From Takakia lepidozioides (taxonomy: Eukaryota; Plantae; Bryophyta), in assembly GCA_030704615.1 (NCBI GenBank), contig CM060731.1, positions 65,534,001 to 65,598,000 of the forward strand: a DNA stretch of 64,000 nt, given 5' to 3'. The notes below the pieces were generated by a model that did not search any database, was not told the origin of the DNA, and saw nothing but the letters and a program-made list of their open reading frames with translations. How positions within the stretch are numbered: position 1 is the stretch's first letter; every line of letters starts with the position of its first letter. A program made the translations under genes and the position numbers. This document shows, piece by piece, positions 1-12,149 of the stretch.

Positions 1-748
1 GTGTCATTGCTTCGGCATAAACAGAAGCAGAAAATTGGAAAGGGGGCTGTCGAAAACATACTCGCCAGAAATGACTGTATCTCCTGAAGATCCACCGCTG
101 CCTTTCCTGAAAGACAGCCTGAAAAAAGTTATTACTGTAACTTTGATGTTATTGAGAAAATTGAGTATGGCTCCCAAAGAGGGTTTAGCATTTACTCACA
201 TGAAAGTCGTTGTCGACCTGCTTATCTTCGGGATCGTCATCATTTCGAATTTGAATCCGATCAGTCTGTGTGCCTGAAGTGGAGCCAGACAAAAAGGGGG
301 AGGAGCACTGTGTTGTAGAGGTCAGAATCACCCTCCATGCCAAAAAGCTTCTTCCGCCTGCCTTGCATGCATGGTAAGTTGCTCCTGCACCCACACAGGA
401 GGACATGAACAGTTTGGTGGGGGGATTTAAGCAGATGAAACTGTTGAAAGAAACCAATTCGGAAGGGAAAGAACGAACCTGTGGACACAGAAAGATCGAC
501 CACCCGTGCAGAGTGGTGCTGCATGACTCCAGCAGTATTTGCATGAACGCTGGGGACTTTTCCTTTGCACCTCTCCAGGGAGTGCCATCTGGTCTCTTCA
601 GAGTCTGACTGGACTGCATGAAGTTGTACAAAATGTCATCGACATGGGTCATAGGGGGTTTGATGAAACAACCCTGGTCAGAAATCTCAAAGCTGCGGAT
701 GGAGGATGGTGTCTTGGATGTGAATCTTGCACAGCAGATCGCCTCGAA
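1..748 (-). pseudogene. 3' fragment of the ParB/methyltransferase-like gene (rearranged form)
   Basis: Encodes DDILYNFMQSSQTLKRPDGTPWRGAKEKSPAFMQILLESCS...GATYHACKAGGRS. Nearly identical to 58028-58780. Runs off the window edge. Confidence 0.85.
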
Positions 749-814
749 GTGAGTCTCGAATTGAGTCGCGGTGAGTCGCGGTGAGTCTTGGCCCGCTCAC
801 CACGGCCCCTATGG

Positions 815-1110
815 ACCGTGATGAGTCCCAAGACTCCCCACGACTCCCACCACGAGGTCTCCGCCCCCATGGTGAGTCCTATACCACCCCAACTAAGTCC
901 CACTAAGCTACCGCCACCCTTGTGGAGCCACCCCCACCGCAACCCGGTGTGCGGGGCTCCACCTAGTGAGCGCCTCCGCTTCCCTGAGTGCCTTGGGCAC
1001 TCAAGGGTGCTTCAGCCCCCCATACCTATCGCTGCCGCTGCCCCCACCACAGGGGCAGCCCCTCATGTGTCCCGACCCCCTGCCCTCAAGGCAAAGGGCC
1101 GCGACACACT
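815..1110. repeat. ~295-bp GC-rich dispersed repeat
   Basis: Reverse-complement copy at 15893-16191 (gtgatgagtcccaagactcccc...gcgacacac). Confidence 0.85.
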
Positions 1111-2134
1111 GTGGGAGTTCTTCGGTCGGTGAAGCTGAAGCTGAAGCTGCAGGTGATCTTGTTTTGCTAATTCTGAGATGTGAATTGTTTCCAATGCATT
1201 CTGGGCGCTGCTCCCTCTCCACACTGAAGTCGCCCTACTCCAGCAAATCGCACAGATTGGAGATAAGAACCTGGAATCAGCGGTGGAGAAGACCGTTGTG
1301 AAGAGGACGACTCTTCTTGAACTTGGCGTCTGGAGCTTGGACTCTGGTGCGCATCAGGAACATGTGAGCTAGGGGTAGGGGTACATTGGCGTTGGGGTCT
1401 TCCAAGAGGAGCAGGTCTTCTAGCAGGAGCAGTTTGCGGCTGTGTTCAGCACCTCTCGTTGCTCTGGGGAGCGAACTGTCAGGGATGGTGGAGTAGGCAG
1501 TAAAGGGGTTGTGGTGAGGGCTGGAGCTGGCTGCCTGTACGGCGTCGGGGCTGAACAAGCTGGGGGACGAGCCGATCGAGGCCGCCTGACCGGCGTGGGG
1601 CCCACTGTTGCACAACGTCCGCTTGCTCGCTTAGCGCTGCTACCGCTGTCGCTATTGCCAACACCTCCACTAACTTGGTGGCGCTGCAGGCCTTGCCGAG
1701 GTCTGGCGGCGACGCCGCTCATCGTACTTTTCACTTCCTTCTCTTTGTCTCTCTCGCCCTCTAGATACGATCGCACACCCGAAAAGCCAAAGGACAGCCT
1801 TCACCGGCGTTGGCGCTCTCTTTCGCGCTCAGTGGAAAAGCACAGTGGAATTCACTTTCTAAAGGTCTCGTTGCTTCCCTACTGCCACAAAATACGGACG
1901 GAGTGGAAATTCCATCCGGGACATAAACTGGCGACGCCATAAGAATCAAGAGTCAAAGGTCCAAACTCACTTGAAATTCGAACCGCTCTACAGGACCACC
2001 ATAGATACATCAGACGAGAACTTAGGGAACTTCACGTGAGGCAGTCATGGAAACCAGCCAACTCTTACAGCAAAACTCCAGTTCTAACGAGAGAGAGAGA
2101 GGAGAGGTAGACTTTGTCTCTGACTGTTGCGATT
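1106..2134 (-). repeat. Dispersed repeat, probably the 5' part of an RLE-type non-LTR retrotransposon
   Basis: Matches 55333-56211 and, inverted, 56211-56968. The longer copies continue through a Pro/Ser-rich frame into CPACGRLFARIRGLAQH*RTC, a zinc finger like those at the N-terminus of R2/CRE-type ORFs. Confidence 0.5.
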
Positions 2135-2535
2135 TACCGACGTGAAGATTCCAGATCAAGAAGTGTGGCAAATTGTATCAGTGACCACTTGCTGAGACCA
2201 AGCAAGAAAGATTAGCATTGTACTTCACGATTACAACCTCTCATTTTTTAACAAATGACTACTACCTAGCACACACAATAACCTCCTACCGCAATAAACA
2301 ACCCATTTCATTCACTATTTTCTTGACTCTAAGACAGCCCTCCCCTTAAAGAAAAGCCTGGTAGCAGCACTCTGCATGGGGAATACCCTCCTAATTCAAT
2401 AAACCAGCCTCCCCCCTTAAAGGAAAGCCTACTAGCACTTTGCTACGAACTCAATGAACACCTTAGTTGACTCTCAGGCAACACCCCTTCATTGAATATT
2501 GGAATGTTCACATCAAAAAAAGTATTAAAATACCG

Positions 2536-2608
2536 TGCGGCGAGCGTGGATCGAACACGCGATCTTCAGATCTTCAGTCTGACGCTTTCCCAACTGAGCT
2601 ATCCCCGC
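2536..2608 (-). tRNA. trnF-GAA: tRNA-Phe (GAA)
   Basis: Reverse complement GCGGGGATAGCTCAGTTGGGAAAGCGTCAGACTGAAGATCTGAAGATCGCGTGTTCGATCCACGCTCGCCGCA: 73-nt cloverleaf, GAA anticodon, downstream oligo-T Pol III terminator (A runs at 2515-2530 on +). Confidence 0.93.
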
Positions 2609-3307
2609 TATATAGACCTATATACTAACCGCTCTCTATATATTTACTTTATCAGCTAAATCTATAGACAGGAAAACATAATGGAGAATCGACGCTTTCC
2701 CCCCTGAATTAGCTTTGCTTCCGTCGGCTCGACAGGAACATGAAGACGAGGAAACAGTGGAGAATTTGCGAGAGCCCAGCTGCTGCGAGATACCATCGTT
2801 CCTCGACAATTACTTTCTTCTCACTCGCTGTGGCCCGTACGCTATGCATCTGCTACACGGAAGCGGGATGGGTAGGCAATGTGAGAGCGGATGGATTGTA
2901 GGAAGGCGTGAGTTCAGAATTGGCAGAGCATGAAGCATCGTGGTTGCAAAGTTTTGCGGGCTTCTGTGCTGAATTGGCGGGGTGGCTTTTGAGACGCCGT
3001 CTCTTTGGAATATGCTCAGCTTGGGCATGCATATGAGGTAAGGGTGAGTGTGTATGTGCGTGTGTGCTTTTTCTGTATATAGGTTGTTGAAATTATGCAC
3101 GGAGAGGAAGCATGAGCTGAAGAGTTTCCGTGTTTATTTGGGCTCAGTAGTTCCACCTTAATTGGGGCACAGAGAAAATTGTTGTAGGGATCACCAGTTG
3201 GATACATCGTCAGGAAGGACATTTGTACTGTCTGCGTATCTGAAGTGGCACAGTGGTCATCCGATTGGCACGACTTCGTTGTGTCCAGTTTACCCCAGTG
3301 CTTCAGA

Positions 3308-3310
<3 letters not shown>

Positions 3311-3344
<34 letters not shown>
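3311..3344. repeat. (AG)n microsatellite upstream of the lipase gene
   Basis: Direct reading of the agagag run. Confidence 0.95.
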
Positions 3345-3348
<4 letters not shown>

Positions 3349-3496
3349 ATCCGGGATTCGAATTCTGGGATCAGTGATTGGGCCCCACTGTAAAAGGAGA
3401 GCTTGTGGGATCAGGTCTCAGTTATCCTTTGCCTCATCATATAATTTCTCTTGTGCCTGGTCGCCTTCTCATTCGTGAGCGAGAACAGATTGGAGA

Positions 3497-6400
3497 ATGG
3501 AGGTGGCTGTGAGGAGGGTAGTCATGGTTGGGGCAGCAATAAGCTTGCTTCTGCTCCTTGCTCCAGCCTCGTCAGCTGCTAACACAGATGCCGAGACAGG
3601 TTAATGACTCCTCTTCTCTGGGATTCCTGTCTCTTGCAAAAGCTGATGGGGATGATGATATCCTTAGTTGAAAAATTATCACAAACAAACTCTGCAAAGT
3701 GTGGAGAGAGATACACCAGGTTGTGTCTGCTGGGCAGCTAGGAGCATTTCATAATAACCAGGGAGGCAGATTTCCATACTTGGGCCTGGTGACCTTGCAG
3801 TAAACCTAACAATCAGAGGCTGCCTTCACTGAAAACAGATGTCTTAAGTATGCTTTCCTCATAGGGCTTGGTTCTTCCACAGGGATCGGCTATGCTTCCA
3901 ACATGATCTGTAGTAGGGGAACAAGAAAGTGAAATACATGTCCAATTTAGACAGTGGTATGGTTTGGAGGAAAACTGTCTGCAGCCCATAGTTATCACAC
4001 ATAGGTGATACAATGCACATTTGCCCAGCACTAATGTCCAGTAGGAAATGGTTTGACTCTGCAGAAGTGGAAGTGGTCACAAAGATGTCAAATGGCTGTC
4101 GGTATAATAGAACCATGGCTCTCATCCTTGTGGAGTATGCATCGGCGGTAAGGGCCCCATTCCTGTTTTTTGTGCTATTGTTCCTTTCGACTAATTATGG
4201 AATCTTTTGATATGGTTTGTGTCTCCTGACAAAGTGGCAAATGTTTTGGATAGGTCTACATAGAAGATGAGCTTGCACTGCTCTCTTGGAGCTGCTCACG
4301 ATGTGAAGATTTGACCAAGGTGGGCCTGTCGTGTGCAATTTGTGGTTCATTTGTGGCCATGGTATTTTGTGGTTTGAACATATTTATTGTCAAACTTCGC
4401 AAGGCTGGGTGAGAAGGCGTGGACCGGAAAATCTTGGGATGCTGTGCTATTACCCAGTCCAGTGAACTTCGCTTATGAGTTATGAGAAGGAGGGAAAGTT
4501 GGAAACTATGAAAGGGAGTATTGTGATTCTGTGTACACTGTGGGTGTATTTGTTTCTTCACTGGACCAAACGAATGAATTACAATTTGCAAAAAGGAAAA
4601 TCAGATTGTCAATGGACATGATATCATGATGGTCATACTCCGCTGCTGATTGAACTGTGTTTAAGAGCTTGTAAATGGATGGGCCTACTTGCACACATCA
4701 GGAGGTCTACTTACTTTCCACGGAGGGTTCATTGATGAATCTGGAGTTGGATCTGTGTTAATACATTATGGCAGGGATTCAAGATTCATACTCTTGTTGT
4801 GGATGTTCAACATTGCCTCCAGGTGTGCAACAGCATGCTTGAACTGCTACTCTTTGCTAATCCTCTCTTGCAGCGAGTTTTGCCTTTGGCTCATGGAGGA
4901 GAGATCAACTCGTTGGGAGGGGAAATTTCGCATGAATTGTTCTTCGGGTAGGAAAGTAACGCACTATAATTTTTATGCATAGGCTTGCTGGAACTTCATC
5001 TATGTGCATCGCAATTCAAATATTCCAACCAAGATAAATGTGAATAACGGAGCTGGAGTGCAAGCAGTACTGACAACGTGTCTTTCGGAGCATGGGTGGG
5101 AAAGGAAGACAGACAGAAGCTTGGTGATTTAGATCAGGGGTCGGTCAATACCAAAAGATAATTACTGGTTAAATGCAGGCCTTTGTTGGAGTGGCGGAGA
5201 ATTTGAATGCAATTGTGATAGCATTTCGTGGCACCCAAGAAAGCAGGTATTCCCTTGATGATGGTGAATTTAGGAACAAAAGAGTTGCAAAACTACATTC
5301 AGTTGTTGTTAGTGGTTGATATGATCAGTTTTGTCTTCCCTCTGTCACAGGTTGATAGTTGTAGAGGAGGATTTCAAGGTGTGGCAGTTAGGTGTGTGTT
5401 CACAACTAAATATATGGCACTCGTTCTGTTCCTTCCCTCCTACTCCTTCCTCCCCTTTCCCCTCCTGAATCATGATTTTTTTCACATTTTATTGTTAAGA
5501 GATGTTGTTAAACAGATGCTTGTCCAGTGGTATCCAGAAAGATCTGCATGCTTAGAAGAGAGTTGGCTAACGCGCAGATTACTGGTGGGGATATCTGGTA
5601 GTGTGCAGAATTGGGCTGAGGACTTGTACTTTAGACAGCTTGATCTCAATTATCCGGGTGTCACTGATGCTATGGAGGGCATTATTCACCTTCTCTCCTG
5701 CATGCCAGACAAGCTTTTAGGCATGATATCCAAACTACAGATTACTTTTTAATGTGTATGACTTGACATCTAGGACTGTACAGATTGAAGGTTTTGATTA
5801 GTCACCAAACACTGAGTCTCTAAACCCGAAATCCTGTCTCTGCCCAGCCAGATTGGACTTTAGGTACTCCCTATGAACGGGAATCACCGAGCATATGGGT
5901 GGCATGGAGCTAGCAAACGTACGGCGTGGCCCCAACCGCAGTCTTGTTTTCCATGACGACTTGCAATTCATGATCTTGACTTGTGATCTATGTTGTGGCC
6001 AGGTACATCAAGGGTTCTATTCAGCATATCACAACACCACAGTTCGTGACAGCATACTCACTGCTGTTCAAGCTATACAACAGGAAAGGGATGGGCTCCA
6101 CTTCTTGGTCACAGGCCACTCAATGGGAGGGGCTATGGCTTCCTTTTGTGCACTTGATCTCGCTGTACGTTTGGTCATCTCCCTCTCATCCCAGGCTTGC
6201 AAGGGCTCAAAACTTTCTTGTCATCAGACAATCAGTCAAGCTTGCTGAATTGTGAACTAGCTCCAAAATGAGAAGCAGGTCCCTTTGCTCAACAAAATAC
6301 TTTTGCAGGCACAAAGGGTTTAAGCAAGTCCTGGCTCATAGAGATTTGACTGGGTCCTAACCTGTTGGTCTAAGCCAAATAACTGGTATCAGTAGTGATA

Positions 6401-7881
6401 CTGGTCGAAGGAAGGGACAATACTCTCTGTCATCTTCTACTCCCTAAACAATAGTGCTTCCTTGCAGGCGAACTATGGTGTTCAAGACATTGAGATTATC
6501 ACATTTGGGCAGCCACGAATTGGGAACTCTGTGTTTGCAGTATATTACAATGAGCTTGTCCCTCGGACTATTCGAATGACACATGCCAACGATCTGGTGC
6601 CACATCTGCCTCCCTATTACACTCTGATAGGCCCACGTTCCTACCATCATTTTGCAACTGAGGTATGTGTGTGTGGCGGTCAATCATTTCTGTATGTTCA
6701 GAGCTTATGCTAAATTTGGCAGAAGTGTGGACCTTTTTTAAAGAATGTTTTTCTAGGAACATGAATGTGTCTATTCAGTTGGAGAGTCTCAATCTTGTCA
6801 TATATTGAGATGCTACTGGCTATATGCAATTTTGTTGCTGATGTTCTTTGTTCACACTTGGTAGGTTGGTTTGGTTTTTGCTTCAGGGGCTTTGTTTGTC
6901 AATAGTGCAATCAGTCTGTCCTTGCATGAGTACAGTTATGTATTCATACATATATTGTGTGCTTCATGTATCATGTATTCGACTGACATATTCTAAATTT
7001 TGCTTGCTTGATGCACAGGGTTGACATCCAGCTTAATATTATCTGGGTTAGACTGTTGAGTATACGTGAATAGAGATTGATGCATCAAAGTTGATGCAGG
7101 TGTGGCTCTTCAAGATTGCTGTGGGTCGTCTGCAGTATGAGTTTGAGCGGGTTTGTGACAGTTCTGGGGAGGACCCTACCTGTAGCAGGTCGGCTTTCTT
7201 TCATCTCTTCCACTTGGCATTCTATCTTCCTCTTTCTCTTTCCCTCTCAACACTCCCTTCTAGTCAGTCAAAAGCCATGGGGTGTACCTCTACTGAAAGG
7301 TTGCTGAAAGAATGCAAACAATGTTCCATTTAGAGAACAGGAGCACTATCACTGACATTGAATTCATTATGTGAACAATGGATTTTTGGAAGATTTCAGT
7401 CTGTTTCTACAGCTTCAAAAGACCATTTAATTCCTCTACTGGGGTTGGAGTGTTCCATCTGAGAAGGTTGCTTGGGCACGCCTGTACAGACCATTGCGGG
7501 TTTTCCAGATGAAATTACTATTTTGTTACTCTGCGGACTACTATCTAGCTCAAGGGCTACCTGCAGAGTAACAGACGAGGGGTGGATGGCAGGGAATTAA
7601 GGGGGAGAAGAGCAGGCATAGTGTGCTTATTTGTGGTTCTCACATTCATTTCGAGTCTTATGAATCCTGATATTTATGTTGCCTGTTGGCTATGGGAACG
7701 GTGCAGGTCAGTCAAAGGCAACAGCATTTCGGATCATCTCAACTACCTTGGTGTCTACCTTAGGACTGAAGACAATATAATGGCCACAGACACTGAATTT
7801 CTCAAAGGGAAATCTTTGCTTAATTCCAACCTGGATGTTCCCGGCAAGCCCAGGAAAGCCACAAATGGGAGCTTATTGTAG
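3497..7881 (+). CDS. Secreted class-3 lipase (alpha/beta hydrolase), about 10 exons
   Basis: Exons about 3497-3599 (signal peptide MEVAVRRVVMVGAAISLLLLLAPASSA), 4065-4147, 4254-4319, 4775-4822, 5179-5246 (IVIAFRGTQE), ~5602-5674, 6003-6164 (VHQGFYSAY...VTGHSMGGA), 6468-6662 (TFGQPRIGN, DLVPHLPP), 7100-7188, 7707-7881 (DHLNYLG). Boundaries are GT-AG except one GA donor at 5675. Confidence 0.9.
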
Positions 7882-10085
7882 CACATGCAACGTGCTTAGG
7901 TGTTCTGCATCATGGCTGCATCATGGTTGTTCGGGCCATTATCTTGCTGGTTTATGTACTACCATCCATTTGTACAGTCAGACGTACGGTCCTATCAGAC
8001 CAAAGAGAGGTCCTGAAGGTCCAGGTGCGTTCTCCGTCATTGGAAATTTATGGTTGACATTTATTTACATGAAGGGTGACTGTCTGCCAACCCACACTTT
8101 GGGTAGTTGAAGAGTGACACCCACTTTACTATAGTGGGTTCAACCAGATGTGCATGACAACTACAATTTATCAAAGAGATCTGTTGCCGCTAGCTGACTG
8201 AGAACCATCCAACTTCCTGATTGCACAGGAGTCTCAACAAACCTGTCTTGAATATTACCCCCGATCACTTTGGAGTCCGGTGGGTTGGCCCCCATGAAAG
8301 CAGCATGGTGATTGTAGGCATCCATTGTTACGAAGGGTACCACATGTCCTGCGAACATTGGCCGCTTCGGAAGGGATGAGGATGCGAGGTCTGACATTAG
8401 AGTGATTTAGTGGTGACAAGTTGATGCGGTTGCTGGCAGAGTCCGGGGAATTGCTGAAGGGATGATTATTGGTTGGTGTCTCTTCAGCAGTTGAAATTGC
8501 TAATTGTCCAGGTTGGAATCCTCCCAACACATTAGCATCCCTATGGGTGTGCTTCATGGAGCACTCTACAACTAGCCAACCTAATGTTGGAAAGGGGATT
8601 CGGACATACTTGGTTACAGGACATTGAAACTGACCACGATTTTGGGTCAGCAGAAGAAGATTTCAAGCAACTTCCATTGTGAGTGGCCACTGCCCATGAT
8701 AGTTTCTTATTGTTTGAGTGTTGGGAGCACCAGCACCACATTGTAGTCTGATTTACATATTTGAGATCAGCGGGTACCAATGGGCTTGGTCCTTGCTCTC
8801 TTTGATCTCTGAAATTGAAAATGGCTTTGACTGGTTTGGTTCTATACCGTCTTTTTATGTGCTAGACATGACCCAAGCTGCAAACATGAGTGGATCTTGG
8901 TTGCTATGGCTCCCAATCCAAATGCTCAGAGAAAATAATTGCATAACGATTTAACATAAAGCAACTCAGATATCATCCCTGCCAAAGTATAAACTCTTGC
9001 TACCTACATGTGGAAAACACACATCTCAGTAATCGTGACATGCCTGTACACAAATCTATGTGTCCTCCATCATCTAAGCTTTCTAGTAGTGCCTCCAAAT
9101 TGCATTCAGTTTGGTGCACAATACTATGCTTGAATTCTCCGCAGAACAACAAATCTTTAGCCATCATCTCCTCTCCAAGTGGCCAACAATAGAAACTTTC
9201 TGGTCCTTACAACCACAACATCCTCCACTACTAGGGCTGTTTCAAGGAAGTCCTCAAATGTCTTACAGTAGGCAGTCTTTGTGGCTTACAAGTGCTGGAA
9301 TTGTGCCTTTTGTTATAACTTTTTCTTTGGTTCAAAAGCTTCAGGGAGCGACTCTCCTAATACATTGCAGCTGTCTCAGCGCCTGCCAGCGGTGCCCCGA
9401 GTTCTGTAATCTTGATATATGGCCTAACCTGTTCTGCAGTCTGAAGTCACAGTTTCTCTTGGTCCATCCTTACCCTCTATTGAAAGACAGTCTATGTCGT
9501 CATGCACCGAATCCCAATGCGCTTGAAGCATTCTTTCAATGCTGTTTCTTTGTGAGAACCCACATGTATCCCACAACGCACATTCAACATTGAAAAGATC
9601 AGGTCACGAAATTGCAATTGCCCATCCTCTTCTCTCACTGCACGCTTCCTGCCATTGTCAATTTGGGATGGTGAAGCTGACGCTTTCATTCTAAGTTGTC
9701 TATGCTTGATTAACCAGATTGATTTCAGCAGGAGTACGTTGGTGGATGGGGGATCATGGGAGACCTTTCCCATTGCAGGAGCACTTCAAGATGCTGACGT
9801 AAATTTATATGTTCGTTTCCTTTCCCGGGAGCTGACTGCGAAATCAAAGGCCGAGCTCAAACTCAGACGACAACGATGCAAACTGCAGTGAACAGAAGAA
9901 CAACCGCAGCACAGAACGCTTTTGAATGATTATAACACCAAAATATGTGTTATGAATTTTTCTACTTTGCGAAGCTTGGAATCACTCCCTCACCCACACT
10001 GCCCTTCGAAGCTACAAACCTTGCAAGAAAGTTTTTCTGCAAGATCGTCGCTACCGCTTTTGTACATTCCATCACCCGTAAAGCG

Positions 10086-10127
10086 TGCGGTGAGGGTGGA
10101 TCGAACGCGGCCTTCAGATCTTCAATC
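10086..10127 (-). pseudogene. tRNA-Phe 3'-half remnant
   Basis: Reverse complement GATTGAAGATCTGAAGGCCGCGTTCGATCCACCCTCACCGCA matches the anticodon-to-3' part of tRNA-Phe, with a T-stem deletion and no 5' half. Confidence 0.8.
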
Positions 10128-12149
10128 ACGTTCATGCCACATAAGAGTCGCAAATCCAACAAAGAATAACCCTACGTCTAACTCTTTCTTTACCCAGTCC
10201 ACCTTTCTGCTTAAGGCTGCACTAAAAGACAAGGAGAGTTGGGTATCTGAAGTTCAGTCTCCGAAATACATATTCAGGACGCTTTGCGTCGAAAGAAGTA
10301 CCATGTCAGATGCCAGTCGTGTGCAATCACTCATTCTCACTTCCTTACTGGCAGTTTAGGCTGTCCTATGGGTCCTTCCTAACCTAGACAAATCCTAACT
10401 TAAACTCCTCAAGTAGCTTCAATGAAACTCATCTAGAGGAGGACAGTCTTGACATGAGTTAAGAAAGAGAACTTCAGAATCTTAAAAAGATATTCTGCGG
10501 AAATTGAGCAATCTCAGGCTTTACAAATTCGACAATGCACTTCGATCCAGATGTTACACGTGAGCAATCGACATTCACTGTATTGGATATACACTTGGGC
10601 ATCTACCAGAGTCAAGAATCACAAACATACATAGTTAAAGAATATCCTCACATATAGGTATCATCTCCCTCCGCTGTCTCAGATGTCCTAAGGCTCGGCA
10701 AGTTAAGAGGAGCATTGCAGTTTCATTCATGTCACTATGTCAAAAGTGTTCCTTACCTCGCAGAAGCCATTCACCATGGAGCTAAAGAAAACTCCAAAAA
10801 CAGCAAATCAGCAGCTGATGCAAATGGGAGAGCTCCGACATGCTCACACCCAACAATACCACCCTGCTGCTGACTGTGCCTCCTCCAATTGCAGCTCGGC
10901 CAGGCTTCATCTCCCTCCCTGGAATGTAGTCGACATCAAGTAAAATCCACGCAAAGGCAGCCCTCTGTCGGGACAGCGGGGGAAGAGGAGGAGGCAACAA
11001 GTCGCATTGCGGTGGGAAGAGTGGGGGACGATCCACGTCCTATGCAGCAGGAAGTAAGACCGAGTTGCTCGTTCTTCCCCAAAGCCTTGCTCTGCAGCAT
11101 CTGGTATGGCCGCGTAAACAAAACGCACAACCCACAACTGATCTCATCACATTGTGAGCTCTGCAAGATCGCCCACAAGTCATGATCCAGGGATGGTTGC
11201 ACCGCGTCATTCATGTCTGATGCCCATCGCACAGCTTCTGCTGACTAGATGATGAGGATTTCCAACAAAAGGTCTGTCTGCATGTGACAGAGAGTGGTCA
11301 CGTAAAAAAATGCATGCAATAGAATGCAATTGGACGAGGCAAAGGCGACCGTTAAGCTACAGGATTGGCCGCTGCTCTCATTCGGAATAGGTGGCCCTCC
11401 GATGGTTCAGGAGAGCCACTCTTCCAGTTTCTTTCTTGCAGGGGGTAGCCGTGACATCGATGAGCGAAGTGGACGTGGTAAGCGCCAAGCGGGGCTGCAG
11501 CCATGCATGGAGCATCGTAAGCATGTACCGTCGGAGGTCTGAATGCCAAGATCCAGGAAATAAGTTTGAGAGGAATTTTTTTTCACGTCAGAATCCCCTA
11601 TTAGACGGGAGTCCCTTGAGTACTATGATCTCGTGCAGCTAGAGCTGAGTGGTGGACCTGGAATGAATTAGACGGAGTTGAGAAAAGGAATGTGCTTTTT
11701 CGCTGTGGCATAAAGTTTCCTATTTGTGGAAGAGTCCTTATCTGCGTATGTAGATTCACTAGCATGACTGCCTTTTCCTTTTGTTAAAAATATATGGAGT
11801 CCCTTGAGATGGCGACTCGATAAAAGGGTCGAAGGTAACACCCTCAAGAGTCATGTTGCGATTTTAAGGAGGACCTTTCTGTTGAAAGTATAGATATAGA
11901 TTGGAGGAAGAGACCTCTTTGGAGTTTTCAGCATGACAACATTGGTGGCGCGAACAGGACGTCATCAACAACGTTACGAACTTGGATATCGCCTTGTTGC
12001 CGGGTGCGCCCTCTACGCTCTTGATCTTTACTTGTGATGGGGAATGGACAATGTTTATGTTTGTTGGAGACCACTTTAGGTTTGTACGTGACCCAACACT
12101 AACTAGTTCCAGGACGCTCAAGGGGATCAGGTCCAGAAGCTATAGTAAG

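Noticed and set aside
815-1110. Solo LTR (TG...CA)
   Set aside because: Similarity between the two copies extends past the putative ends and there is no TSD, PBS or PPT.
8161-11640. Possible degenerate minus-strand host genes
   Set aside because: Coding-like patches with many stops and no motif I can identify.
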